A stretch of DNA of 64,000 nucleotides from contig BPGT01000003.1 of assembly GCA_026003175.1 (NCBI GenBank), positions 268,278 to 332,277 on the forward strand. Direction: 5' to 3'. The notes beneath the pieces are model-generated. The model was not told the origin of the DNA. It saw only the letters and a list, made by a program, of their open reading frames with translations, and ran no database searches. A program made the position numbers and the translations under genes. The number at the start of each line of letters is the position of its first letter. The stretch's first letter is position 1. Positions 30,604 through 40,170 of the stretch are shown here, in pieces. This stretch comes from Armatimonadota bacterium (GTDB lineage: Bacteria; Armatimonadota; HRBIN16).

Positions 30604-30669
30604 GCGAGAGCGGCCCTTGCATTCCCCATTCGGAAAATAACTATCCTTAACCAGAAAGGAGGATACACC

Positions 30670-31443
30670 ATGAAAAAACTTCTGCTGTTGACCGTGCTGA
30701 GTCTGGGGCTGATTACCTGGGCAAATGCACAGGTCACCAATGTCGTCATTCTGGACCGAGTGTTCAATGACGACACCGACTCCATTTCCAGCCACATCAA
30801 GGCGCTGCCTGCGGTGCTGCTCTCCGACAACAAGGTGGACGGCGACGGCGCCGCGCCGGACTGGGCGAATCGGCATGCGTGGTTTGTGTCCAGCGATGGC
30901 ATGAACTCCCTGCAGATTCCGCTGAGCCAATCGTGGAAGCTGGAGTTTGACCTCACGCTCATCGGCAGCCCGGTTGCTCCGCGCAAGGAGGCGGGGTTCC
31001 TGATCCGCATCGGCATGCCCTGGGGCTACTCGGAGGGGCAGTTCATCGTTAACACCGATGCTCATGAGGTAGTCGCTTTCGGCTGGCCCTTCCCCTTCTA
31101 CAGCTTCGGCGCTAGCCACGGGCTGTCGTACAACTCCGGTGACACCATCCATCTGGGCGTGCAGTTCTTCCAGGACCCGAGCGATAACCTGTACAAAGTG
31201 ATTTACTCGGCGAACGGTATCGACAGCCCCGCCCTGGCACTGGACTACGTGGACCCGAACCACCCGTGGATTACGCCGGGCGGCTACTTGCAGGTGCAGG
31301 TGATGGCGGGAAATCCCCGAAACGGCGGTGCTGCGCTGTTCAATAACATCCTGTGGAACGGCGCTCCGGTACCTGAACCTGCCAGCGTTGCGGTGCTCGG
31401 GCTGGGAGTGGTAGCGCTGGCTTTGCGCAGGCAGAAGAAGTAG
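30670..31443 (+). CDS. PEP-CTERM sorting domain-containing secreted protein
   Basis: AAAGGAGG before ATG. Signal peptide MKKLLLLTVLSLGLITWANA. C-terminal VPEPASVAVLGLGVVALALRRQKK (PEP motif + TM + basic tail). Confidence 0.88.
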   Translation: MKKLLLLTVLSLGLITWANAQVTNVVILDRVFNDDTDSISSHIKALPAVLLSDNKVDGDGAAPDWANRHAWFVSSDGMNSLQIPLSQSWKLEFDLTLIGSPVAPRKEAGFLIRIGMPWGYSEGQFIVNTDAHEVVAFGWPFPFYSFGASHGLSYNSGDTIHLGVQFFQDPSDNLYKVIYSANGIDSPALALDYVDPNHPWITPGGYLQVQVMAGNPRNGGAALFNNILWNGAPVPEPASVAVLGLGVVALALRRQKK

Positions 31444-31465
31444 TTTTTGAGCCTGTTGTTGCTTC

Positions 31466-31505
31466 GCCCCCGACGTTGTGTGTGGCGTCGGGGGCAATTT
31501 GTTTG
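31466..31505 (+). terminator. rho-independent terminator (GCCCCCGACG-ttgtgtgtgg-CGTCGGGGGC + AATTTGTTTG)
   Basis: Perfect 10-bp stem 23 nt after stop of PEP-CTERM gene, T-rich tail. Confidence 0.7.
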
Positions 31506-31522
31506 AGGAATAGGGAGTCCCT

Positions 31523-33472
31523 TCACGTCAGAAACTGGTATATCGGCACATCGAATATCTTTCCACACAGCGCCCATCCTGCCTGTGTTACGATGTCGCC
31601 CAGCGTCACCCCTACGAAGAACGCCAGACTGCGCCGGTAGCCTTTGCTCCCGCCGAAACGCTGTACCAGCACTTTCGCGCTCCACGCAATGAGGAAGGTG
31701 AGGAAGAAGGCGTTCATCGTAATCGTGTTCGCCATCACGTAGCCCACCGGGTGCAAAGGGAAGACATTCAAGCGCGCCCGCAGGCTGGCGAGCAACAGCG
31801 TGAAAACGCCTCCGGCACAAGCCGCCAGCACCCCACTCTTATCCCAGGCGACCCGCGTGCTGGCAAGAGAGTGCATCTGCTGCATCCCATACTGCACCTT
31901 CCACATTGCATAGGCGTTGCTTTTAGCGGTCGCCGCGCCGAGTGCGTAGAAATTGGTGAGGCTACTCCACCATCCTACCGCCAGCGCGGTGAGCGTGCCT
32001 ATCGCTACCCAAGCCAGCACCGTGCGCCAGCGCAAGCCGACCGAATCAGCGATTTTGAGCCCTTCCATCAGGTAGGGCAGCGACTGTGCACGGATGTCTA
32101 CATGCACGAGGTCAAAATAGCCGCCCGCCACTACCGCGCTCTCCGGAAGGTTCTGCGTGCCCAGTACTGCGTTCGCCACCCGATGAGGCGTCCATGTGGC
32201 GGGAGCGAACGTCCACTGCCCACCCGCCTCAGCGCGGATGCGTGCCCCGCTCAGCACGTATGTCACATATACCCCGATAATCATCAGCGCGAACAGGGGT
32301 GGGATGCCGGTCGCCATCATCATCAGCGCGCACAGCAAAGCACACCCCAGTGCCAGCCAACCTAACAGACGCACGGTGCGCAACTCGTCGGGCGTCAGGT
32401 GGCGAAGGAGGCTCTTCCAGTGGTAACGCGCTCCCCAACCCACCATGAGCGCAAAGGCAATCCACGCGCCTGCCGCCTGCTCCTCTTTATAGGGGAAGCG
32501 TGCTGCGGCGGTATCGCCTACCTCTAACCCGAACGCCGCGCCCACCACGTACAACAACCGCGTGACCAACCAGAAGAACCAGCAGCTGAAACTGATACTG
32601 CTCGGCACGAAATACGCCAGCCCCACCGCCATCGGGTAGATGCCCAGCGGGAAATCGGGGAAAGCGTTCCACGGCGGAGACTGAAAAAGGGGGATTTTGA
32701 CATAGGTCGCCTTCAACTGTATCGCCGGGATAGCGGGATACCAGTCGTGCAGTACCAGCAGACTCTGCATCACTGCAGGAATGGCAAAGCCCAACCAGAA
32801 CAGCGGTCGTCGCAAGAGGTCGTCCTGCGGGGCGGTCAGCTGCAGGGGCAGTACGGTGATGGGAAAAGTTAGCCGTTCCTGTCGTATCCAGATGCGATGC
32901 AGCACCGCCGCCAACCCTATCCAGATGCCTGTGAGCAACACCAGGTATAGGCTCCAGAAGAGAATAGGGGTTATCCACGCTTGCCAAGGCACACTGCTTT
33001 GCCCACGATACAGAGCGCGGATGGCTTCGGGGTCATGCAGGATGGGCAGGTGAGCGAGATAGGGCAGGTAACGGTTCCACTGAGGTTGTGTCTGCGCGAA
33101 GTAAGGGAAGAAGCCCATGCCTGGCATCAAGAAACGCAACCCGCCAAAGCCGACGATGGGGATGGTGGCAGTGAGCACAATATAGCCCATTAGCAGCTCC
33201 TCGCGGGTGAACGGCAGCCATCGGCGTAGCAGGCGCACGAACAGCAGGTACAGCGCAGTAGGCATCATCAGCGAGTAGCAAATAAGATAGATACTGCGGG
33301 CGATTTCGCTGTCCGCCACCCACCACACCATCACCGCCTGCGTCAGCAGGATGAACAGAGCAAGGCGTGGACGGATACCCGCAATCGTTATCCCACGCAG
33401 CTGCTCGACAACTCGCCCGGTACGCACCGTGCTATCGGTAACGAGATGCAACGGTGTTTGCCCCCCGAACAT
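31523..33472 (-). CDS. polytopic integral membrane protein (649 aa, >12 predicted TM)
   Basis: Long ORF with repeated hydrophobic ~20-aa segments throughout. No family recognised. Last gene of the mog-moeA-membrane gene string. Confidence 0.8.
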   Translation of the reverse strand: MFGGQTPLHLVTDSTVRTGRVVEQLRGITIAGIRPRLALFILLTQAVMVWWVADSEIARSIYLICYSLMMPTALYLLFVRLLRRWLPFTREELLMGYIVLTATIPIVGFGGLRFLMPGMGFFPYFAQTQPQWNRYLPYLAHLPILHDPEAIRALYRGQSSVPWQAWITPILFWSLYLVLLTGIWIGLAAVLHRIWIRQERLTFPITVLPLQLTAPQDDLLRRPLFWLGFAIPAVMQSLLVLHDWYPAIPAIQLKATYVKIPLFQSPPWNAFPDFPLGIYPMAVGLAYFVPSSISFSCWFFWLVTRLLYVVGAAFGLEVGDTAAARFPYKEEQAAGAWIAFALMVGWGARYHWKSLLRHLTPDELRTVRLLGWLALGCALLCALMMMATGIPPLFALMIIGVYVTYVLSGARIRAEAGGQWTFAPATWTPHRVANAVLGTQNLPESAVVAGGYFDLVHVDIRAQSLPYLMEGLKIADSVGLRWRTVLAWVAIGTLTALAVGWWSSLTNFYALGAATAKSNAYAMWKVQYGMQQMHSLASTRVAWDKSGVLAACAGGVFTLLLASLRARLNVFPLHPVGYVMANTITMNAFFLTFLIAWSAKVLVQRFGGSKGYRRSLAFFVGVTLGDIVTQAGWALCGKIFDVPIYQFLT

Positions 33473-33518
33473 GATGGGGAAAGATTGGATGGAAGGGGAG
33501 GAGACTCCTGCTCAACCC

Positions 33519-35348
33519 TTAAATCGCGCTGCCCGGTCTCTGCGGTCGCTGGGCGGTTTCGCGTACCCGAATCGTGCCCACATCGCTGACCGGTGCACTC
33601 ACTTTCACCACAGGAGTTAGACCCTCCACCTGCACCGCCCCAGGCATCGGCGGCAGGCGTCGCGCCTCTACCCGCAGTAGAAGCACGTATTCGCCGTACG
33701 GCAGAGACGGAAGCTCAAAACGCCCCGATGCATCCGTTGCCACCACCCCTGCCACCACGCGCCAGTCGAAGGGACGCGCCAGCAACACCCCTCGGTCGGC
33801 GCCCGGGCGGTTGCGCGTAAACGGCAGCGCGTTCTCTCGACCGATAACACCTACGCGCACGCCCTCTGCCGGTTGTCCGTTCCACAGGATTCTTCCCGTT
33901 ATCTTACCCGCTGATGAGGTGTTTCGACGCATCTCCTCCGGTATCTGGCCCCGCTCGTACCATTGCTGCGCCTTGCGCCCATCGCCGAAGCGGGCGTACA
34001 AGTCGCCCATCGTCTGGCAGGCGCGCTGCGATTGACGGAAGGGACGGGCGCGGGCATCCAGCCAGTCCAGGTACTTCCTTGCCTCCGGTGTCACCGCGCA
34101 GTTGGAGAGCGTTTCCACCATCAGCTGCACGAACTGCAGGCGTGGAGCACGTTCGATGCACAGGCGGTCCACCTCTAAACTGCGCACGGGGTCCCAGTCG
34201 ATAGAACGCACATCGTGCAGATGCACAAACAGCGGGCGCGCCAGTATGGTCTGGTAGCGCCGTGCCCGCAGGTACTGTTCCACTTTGTAGGTCACGCCCG
34301 GCTCGTTGGGGAAGCCTACGATAGTCTGGAAGGGGATTCGCGCCACGCGTGTTTTGCCATCGGATGCAAGCAGCAGCACCGTATCCGTTCCCGCCGCACC
34401 GAAGGGGATTTGCTCCCTTTCCGCCATTCGAGGCAAGATGCGCTTGTAGTCCATCCTGCCGATGACGAGCCCGTAAAACAGCCACACTGCAGCCAGCGTT
34501 GCCACAGACAGGGGCACCAGTGCTGCCGCCAGCGCACGCACTCGTTGGTGGTAGCCCTGCGCCGGGGCGACAACAGCTGTCCATAAGCTTGCCCAGCAGA
34601 AGCTGCCCGCCGCCGCAATCGCCAGCGAGATGCCCACAAAGGTCAACCAGCCGCGCGGGTTCAGGTCAGCCAGCCCCTGCACACCGCCCGGCGGCACGAA
34701 AACGGTGGGGAAGTCAAACATAAACCGGTAGAGCGCCGCACCGAAGTCGAAACCGGTAAACTGCAGTACCAGCGCACCCACCAGCCCGCACGCAATGCCT
34801 CCTGTTGCTAACCTTACCAGCGCCCAGCCGCTTATCCGCTTCCTGTAAAACAACCAGCCCGCTCCTCCATCTTCCGACCACAGCAGAGCGGATGTAAGAC
34901 AAACGGCGCCGCAGAGCAGCATCAATCCCTGCATGGACCGGTTGGACGCATCCCCAATCCACAACACCATCAGCAATCCGGCGCCCAGCCATACCGCCGT
35001 CAGCGTGACAAGTCGCACCCAGCCGCGCCTGTCGCTCAGCCAGGAGACGAAGGAAGGGGTTGCCATGCGCAAAGCGATTACCAGCAGTGAGAAATAGACC
35101 GCCACCAGTAACACCGCGCGTAACGGCAACGTCACGGAGCCCACCACCGAAATCCACCGCACCAGCGCAGACGACCACGCCAGCGTATCCGGTATGGGTA
35201 ATCCTGAGGCATCCAACGAGCGCAATACAGCCGGCAGGATGCGCAGCGTTTCGATATGCACCCGCAGGAAGGTGGGTATCATGCCCAGAACGGCAAAGCA
35301 CAGACCTGCCAGCCATACCCGCCGCACCGGAAGCGACCTTTCCATCAC
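33519..35348 (-). CDS. membrane protein with C-terminal carboxypeptidase-regulatory-like beta-sandwich domain
   Basis: 609 aa. N-terminal ~300 aa polytopic. C-terminal GRILWNGQPAEGVRVGV...TDASGRFELPSLPYGEYVL resembles CarboxypepD_reg-like fold. Start overlaps moeA stop by 4 nt. Confidence 0.8.
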   Translation of the reverse strand: MMERSLPVRRVWLAGLCFAVLGMIPTFLRVHIETLRILPAVLRSLDASGLPIPDTLAWSSALVRWISVVGSVTLPLRAVLLVAVYFSLLVIALRMATPSFVSWLSDRRGWVRLVTLTAVWLGAGLLMVLWIGDASNRSMQGLMLLCGAVCLTSALLWSEDGGAGWLFYRKRISGWALVRLATGGIACGLVGALVLQFTGFDFGAALYRFMFDFPTVFVPPGGVQGLADLNPRGWLTFVGISLAIAAAGSFCWASLWTAVVAPAQGYHQRVRALAAALVPLSVATLAAVWLFYGLVIGRMDYKRILPRMAEREQIPFGAAGTDTVLLLASDGKTRVARIPFQTIVGFPNEPGVTYKVEQYLRARRYQTILARPLFVHLHDVRSIDWDPVRSLEVDRLCIERAPRLQFVQLMVETLSNCAVTPEARKYLDWLDARARPFRQSQRACQTMGDLYARFGDGRKAQQWYERGQIPEEMRRNTSSAGKITGRILWNGQPAEGVRVGVIGRENALPFTRNRPGADRGVLLARPFDWRVVAGVVATDASGRFELPSLPYGEYVLLLRVEARRLPPMPGAVQVEGLTPVVKVSAPVSDVGTIRVRETAQRPQRPGSAI

Positions 35349-36571
35349 CTACTCTCCAGAGGCAGGTCTATCATCAACACGTCCACAGTGTCCCCTTGCC
35401 GTAAATCGCTTCTGGCTGGAGCCACAATCAGCGCGTTCGCACCCACCATCGACGCCACCATGCCTGACTCCTGCGCTCCCGTAGAGCACACCAGCCACCT
35501 GCCCTCGCTCCAGCGCAGTCGCCCGCGAATATATTCCCGTCTGCCGCCAATGGTGCCGAGGTCGTGCTCCAGCATCGCCTGTACCCGGGGGCGGAAAAGC
35601 GAGTTATGCCCCATCATCTTACGCAGGGCGGGCCTCACGAACAGTTCGAAAGTGACCATTGCCGAAACGGGGTTGCCCGGTAACCCCGCGAACACAGCCT
35701 GCCCCACACGCCCGAAGGCTATCGGCTTGCCCGGCTTGATGGCAACGCGCCAGAAACGCAGCTCCCCCAGGTTCTCCACCGCCTGCTTGACGAAATCCCG
35801 CTCGCCGACCGACACGCCGCCAGCTGTCAACACCATGTCGTACCCTCGCGCCTGCGCCAGCGCGTCGCGCGTGGCAACGGGGTCGTCGGGAACATGCAGG
35901 TGCTCCAGAATCGCTCCCGTTTCGTGTATCTGCACCGACAGGGCGTAGCGGTTGCTGTTGTAGATTTTGCCCAGAGGCAGTGGTTGACCTGGCTCCACCA
36001 GTTCGTCGCCGGTGGTGAGCAGACAAACTCTTGCAGGGCGTACTACGGAAGCAGTGTTCCTGCCAATCGCGGCAAGTACCAGTATCTCACCCGCTCCAAG
36101 ACATTGTCCTTTTTTCAGTACTGTTTCGCCCTGTGCCACTGCCTCGCCCCGTCGCCGGATATGCTGTCCGATACGGGCAGGGGATTTTATCCATACCTCC
36201 TCTCCGTGCTGTTCGGTGTCCTCTACCATTACCATTGCATCTGCGCCAGCGGGTACGGGTGCACCGGTCATTACGCGTGCCGCTTCACCGCGCCGGATGG
36301 CAAAATCGGCGATCTCGCCTGCGTTTACCGTTCCAACCACCTTCAACCGCACAGGACTGGCAGCGGAAGCGTTCGCTGCATCCTCCGCGACCACCGCGTA
36401 ACCGTCCACTGCTGCATTGTCGAAAGGCGGAATATGCACGGGGGAAACGACATCCTCCGCCAAGGCGCGTCCTACTGCCTCCAGCAGGGGCATCTCCATC
36501 GTCTCGGAGAACGTCTGCACCGACTGCAAGATGAGCTCCTGTGCCTCTTCTACGCTCAGCAGGTCTTTCAC
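35345..36571 (-). CDS. moeA: molybdopterin molybdotransferase MoeA
   Basis: PPFDNAAVDGYAV and TAGGVSVGERDFV motifs. 408 aa. Confidence 0.92.
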   Translation of the reverse strand: MKDLLSVEEAQELILQSVQTFSETMEMPLLEAVGRALAEDVVSPVHIPPFDNAAVDGYAVVAEDAANASAASPVRLKVVGTVNAGEIADFAIRRGEAARVMTGAPVPAGADAMVMVEDTEQHGEEVWIKSPARIGQHIRRRGEAVAQGETVLKKGQCLGAGEILVLAAIGRNTASVVRPARVCLLTTGDELVEPGQPLPLGKIYNSNRYALSVQIHETGAILEHLHVPDDPVATRDALAQARGYDMVLTAGGVSVGERDFVKQAVENLGELRFWRVAIKPGKPIAFGRVGQAVFAGLPGNPVSAMVTFELFVRPALRKMMGHNSLFRPRVQAMLEHDLGTIGGRREYIRGRLRWSEGRWLVCSTGAQESGMVASMVGANALIVAPARSDLRQGDTVDVLMIDLPLESR

Positions 36572-37065
36572 TGTGCGCCTCCTTGCGGCGAATGTGAGGT
36601 GGGGTGTTCTTGAATCAGGTCGATGGCGTGCGGAAGTAACGGCAACAGCACGTCCAGGCTCTCCCGAACCGCGCGGGGGCTACCCGGCAGGTTGATGATC
36701 AGAGTACGCCCCCGGATGCCCGCCACCCCGCGTGACAGAGCGGCGAAGGGTGTTTTCTTCAACCCCTCAAGCCGCAACAGTTCGGCGATACCAGGCGCTT
36801 CGCGTTCTATCACGTCGCGCGTGGCTTCGGGCGTCACGTCACGGGGGGCGAAGCCTGTGCCTCCGGTGGTCAGGATGAGGTCGCAGACATCACACGCTTC
36901 CCGCAGCCACCCGGCGATAAGCTCGCGCTCGTCAGGCAGAGTGGCGCGTCGCACCACTTCGTAGCCGGCTGTGCGCATCGCTTCTTCCAGCACCTGGCCG
37001 GAAACATCCTCTGCCTTGCCCGCTGCGCATCGGTCGCTGATGGTTAACACGCCCGCTCGTCTCAT
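36568..37065 (-). CDS. mog: molybdenum cofactor biosynthesis protein MogA/MoaB family
   Basis: ATG 37065 (MRRAGVLTISDR...). LILTTGGTGFAPRDVTPEAT motif. Upstream extension of ORF to 37419 is low-quality. 4-nt overlap with moeA. Confidence 0.85.
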   Translation of the reverse strand: MRRAGVLTISDRCAAGKAEDVSGQVLEEAMRTAGYEVVRRATLPDERELIAGWLREACDVCDLILTTGGTGFAPRDVTPEATRDVIEREAPGIAELLRLEGLKKTPFAALSRGVAGIRGRTLIINLPGSPRAVRESLDVLLPLLPHAIDLIQEHPTSHSPQGGAQ

Positions 37066-37189
37066 AGCAAGATACAGTATAGCGTGTTGTGCCTGTTTGT
37101 GTCTATGGGGTGGTTCGCAAGATGGATGTGGGAAAGTAGGGACGGGTTCAGAGATGCACCCGGTTTGCGGCAAATGCCGGCACGGGCAG

Positions 37190-37417
37190 GTTTCCAACCT
37201 GCCCGTGCTACCTGCGAACATTTTATTCGTCGCCAATCGCGCCGAAGTTGCGCACCAGCACGCCGAAGTCGAACAGGGTAACCTCCTCATCCCCGTCCAG
37301 GTCGGCATCCGGGTTCCAGTTGCTGTCACCGGGCACACTGCCAAAGGCGGCAACCAGCGCGCCGAAGTCGAACAGCGTGACCTCGTTATCGCCGTCGATG
37401 TCGCCGTTGATAAGGTC
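37190..37417. repeat. direct repeat 1 (dockerin module + 3' flank), partner at 38573-38800
   Basis: ~190 nt of coding sequence with about 5 mismatches by eye, plus similar 3' UTR. Each copy followed (lower coordinate) by a GC hairpin (CACGGGCAGG-tttccaa-CCTGCCCGTG at 37189-37215). Confidence 0.8.
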
Positions 37418-38449
37418 AAAGTTTATGGCTGTACTCGGCGGGGCAATGGTCACACCACCCTTGACGGAGCGCAGCCAGTGTGAAGCCTTCGCTGCTACGT
37501 CAAATGTGCCCTTCAGTCCGGTGATAAACGCATATTGCCCGGAGCTGTTCAGGTTGACCACATGTGTCTCCACAGGTGTGGTTTCACCGGGGTTACGGAT
37601 TTCGACGGTCACCGGTACAGTGGTCACGTCTCCGCCGTAGTCACCTAGGTTCACTGTACCCGACACCTCGGCAGGGATGGGGATGCCTGCCGCCGAGGGA
37701 CCACCTAGCGCCGCGATCTCGGCGTCAGACATGGGGTAGTCACGCAGCTGCAAGCAGTTGATAAAGCCCTCCTGTGTCTCGCCGTCCTCATCCGCGAACA
37801 ACAGGAAGGTGGTTCCCAGAGAAAACCGCCCGTCCACGCCCCAGCCGCTCGGGCTCTGCACGATGTTCTGTAGCTGCCCGTTGATGTAGCAGCGGTACAC
37901 ACAGCTATCTCCACCGGAGGGGGTCGTGGTGTCGATTACCAGCGCAATACGCTGCCACACACCATCCTGGAAGCGCAGAGGGTTCCCCGGGTCCGAGTAA
38001 TTGCCCGAGATGCCCAGCCCATTGGTTCGCTCATCGCCGGGTACATCGTGGAAAATGAACCAGTCGCCGTCATTGGTGTTGTTGGGGTTGGTTTGGTAAA
38101 GGCTCACGTAGCCTGGGGTGACAGGGAACATCACGTCCATGATGATAGTGTACCGGTTCGTGTAGATCCCGCCCCCGTTCGCGCCGATGGGGTTAGGAAC
38201 GATGAAGTAGGTATTGTGTCCGGTTGTCCACGTTTCATCGCCGTCCCACCAGTCATCACCGAAGCGAACCACCTGCGCGGTCTGCCCACCGATGACAGCG
38301 GTTTCAAAGAAGAAGTTGCCCACGCCAACCAGCGGGTTGCCGATGGTGCCGTTGAGGTTGCCGTTGAAGTCCCAATGCCCCACCACGCGCTGTGCGCTCG
38401 CCGATACCGTCATGAGCAGCACGGCAATTGCTGCCATTGCCGATTTCAT
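37223..38449 (-). CDS. secreted LamG/concanavalin-like lectin domain protein with Ig-like domain and C-terminal dockerin-type module
   Basis: Signal peptide MKSAMAAIAVLLMTVSASA. C-terminus INGDIDGDNEVTLFDFGALVAAFG..NPDADLDGDEEVTLFDFGVLVRNFG is two dockerin-type Ca-binding repeats. Confidence 0.85.
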   Translation of the reverse strand: MKSAMAAIAVLLMTVSASAQRVVGHWDFNGNLNGTIGNPLVGVGNFFFETAVIGGQTAQVVRFGDDWWDGDETWTTGHNTYFIVPNPIGANGGGIYTNRYTIIMDVMFPVTPGYVSLYQTNPNNTNDGDWFIFHDVPGDERTNGLGISGNYSDPGNPLRFQDGVWQRIALVIDTTTPSGGDSCVYRCYINGQLQNIVQSPSGWGVDGRFSLGTTFLLFADEDGETQEGFINCLQLRDYPMSDAEIAALGGPSAAGIPIPAEVSGTVNLGDYGGDVTTVPVTVEIRNPGETTPVETHVVNLNSSGQYAFITGLKGTFDVAAKASHWLRSVKGGVTIAPPSTAINFDLINGDIDGDNEVTLFDFGALVAAFGSVPGDSNWNPDADLDGDEEVTLFDFGVLVRNFGAIGDE

Positions 38450-38572
38450 GGTTCGTCCTCCTCCTTTCTTGGGATGTTATGCTCAGGGCATTTCTGCCCT
38501 TGTCGCCTCAGGCAGTTGGGTTCCGAACCCGCCCCTGTATGTATGGTCTGCAGGCAAGGGCAGATTCCAGAC

Positions 38573-38800
38573 ATGCCCCTGACACCTTACCTACTGGCGA
38601 ACGTCTTATTCGTCGCCAATCGCACCGAAGTTGCGCACCAGCACGCCGAAATCGAACAGGGTAACCTCCTCATCCCCGTCCAAGTCGGCATCCGGGTTCC
38701 AGTTGCTGTCACCGGGCACACTGCCAAAGGCGGCAACCAGCTCGCCGAAGTCGAACAGCGTGACCTCGTTGTCGCCGTCGATGTCGCCGTTGATGAGACT
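38573..38800. repeat. direct repeat 2 (dockerin module + 3' flank), partner at 37190-37417
   Basis: See partner. Antisense ORF pairs 37248-37640 and 38631-38867 arise from this repeat. Confidence 0.8.
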
Positions 38801-39943
38801 CACGCCCAGCCCGGTCAAACCCTCTTTGGGCACAACCACATCGCGCACGACCACTTGCAGCCAGTGACTGGCTTTGAAGGCGAAGTCATAGGTACCCGCC
38901 ACCACGTTGGGCAGAGTGTAGTTGCCGTTCTCATCCAGCGTGAGCGTAGCGGTACGCACCAGTTGCCCTGCCTTGTACACCTTGAGGCTCACCGGCACCT
39001 GAGACACCTTCGTCGGGTCATAGTCGCTCAGTTCCACATTGCCCGTTACCGAACGGGGCGTGAACAGGATCATGCCCGGCTGTGTTAACCCACCTGCTCC
39101 CGCTGCGACGAAGGTGTCGATGAACGCGCCGGTAGTGCCGTCGTAGCGCAAGATGCGAGCGTCTCCGTAGCTGGCGAGGTAGAAACGCCCATCAGGTCCC
39201 CACTCGAACCCGTATGCGCCGTACAGCCCACCGCTGGCAGTAGGGATAAACAGCCCCATGAACGCGCCGGTGCTGCCGTTGTACTTCGCCACGCGATGGA
39301 ACAACCCACCGGAAACGTAGAGATGCCCATCCGGTCCGAAGCGGACGCCAATAGCGGGATAGAGGTTTACCGGGTCATTCACGAACACACCCATAAACGC
39401 GCCGGTCTGCCCATTGTAACGGAGCACTGTCCCGTTGGTCCACGTGGCGACGTAAAGATTGCCATCGGGACCGAAAGTAATACCGGCAGGCTGATCCAGC
39501 CCACCGCTACCGGCAGGCACAAAGGCGTCGATGAACGCCCCGGTGAGCCCATCGTAGCGCAGGATGGCGTCACCGCCATAGCTGCTTACGTACAGGTTGC
39601 CGTCGGGACCGAACTCGAGGTCGCCCGGTGAGTCCAGACCGCCGCTTCTGGGCGGCACGAAGGCATCGATAAACGCGCCCGTTACTCCGTCAAAACGCAG
39701 TATCGCGTGCTGGTCGTTACTGCACACGTACAGGTTGCCGTCGGGACCGTATTCCATCCCCTGCGGCTCATTCAACCCACCAGTTCCTGCGGGAACGAAG
39801 TCACCCAGATACGCCCCGTCTACCTCACTGAAGCGAAGGATGCGGTCGCCGTTGATGCTGCACACCAGCAGGTCAGCCAGCACTGCTGGCGCCAGTACGG
39901 TGAGAGCCAGAACGAATGTGGTCAAACGCATAATCAGTTTCAT
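38606..39943 (-). CDS. secreted NHL-repeat (six-bladed beta-propeller) protein with Ig-like domain and C-terminal dockerin-type module
   Basis: Signal peptide. Six repeats of ..GxGGLxxPxGxxFGPDGNLYV.... Last 64 aa identical to those of 37223-38449. Confidence 0.85.
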   Translation of the reverse strand: MKLIMRLTTFVLALTVLAPAVLADLLVCSINGDRILRFSEVDGAYLGDFVPAGTGGLNEPQGMEYGPDGNLYVCSNDQHAILRFDGVTGAFIDAFVPPRSGGLDSPGDLEFGPDGNLYVSSYGGDAILRYDGLTGAFIDAFVPAGSGGLDQPAGITFGPDGNLYVATWTNGTVLRYNGQTGAFMGVFVNDPVNLYPAIGVRFGPDGHLYVSGGLFHRVAKYNGSTGAFMGLFIPTASGGLYGAYGFEWGPDGRFYLASYGDARILRYDGTTGAFIDTFVAAGAGGLTQPGMILFTPRSVTGNVELSDYDPTKVSQVPVSLKVYKAGQLVRTATLTLDENGNYTLPNVVAGTYDFAFKASHWLQVVVRDVVVPKEGLTGLGVSLINGDIDGDNEVTLFDFGELVAAFGSVPGDSNWNPDADLDGDEEVTLFDFGVLVRNFGAIGDE

Positions 39944-40170
39944 GTTAGTTCCCTCCCTTTCTCTTAAGCAATGGGACTGCGAACGATACTACATACTCTA
40001 GGATAGAGAATTCCCCCCAAAAAGTCAACAGGTTGCGATCGGAACTGGGCAAAGATTCTTGCTATGAGCACACAACACCTGCGTCCAAATCGCTCCGCGC
40101 AAAGCATCGCCTGCGAGCGGATATAGCGGGGGAAATAGTGCAGGAGTTTGTTCAAACTCCAGTCAAATGG

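Noticed and set aside
36568-37419. Full 283-aa extent of ORF 36568-37419 and full extents of ORFs 56534-58744, 59552-60601, 47562-48950
   Set aside because: The N-terminal extensions are low-complexity and precede internal ATGs that either start the conserved domain (mog MRRAG...) or overlap the upstream stop as ATGA. Shorter starts adopted.
38450-38605. Inverted repeat CAGGGCAtttcTGCCCTG (~38492-38510) as an intrinsic terminator
   Set aside because: No U-tract on either strand and a short stem. Probably just local secondary structure.
35894-39088. ORFs 35894-36613 (+), 36012-36534 (+), 38048-39088 (+, 346 aa), 37248-37640 / 38631-38867 (+)
   Set aside because: Antisense to moeA, the LamG-dockerin and NHL-dockerin genes. 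The last two are duplicated only because they shadow the repeated dockerin module.
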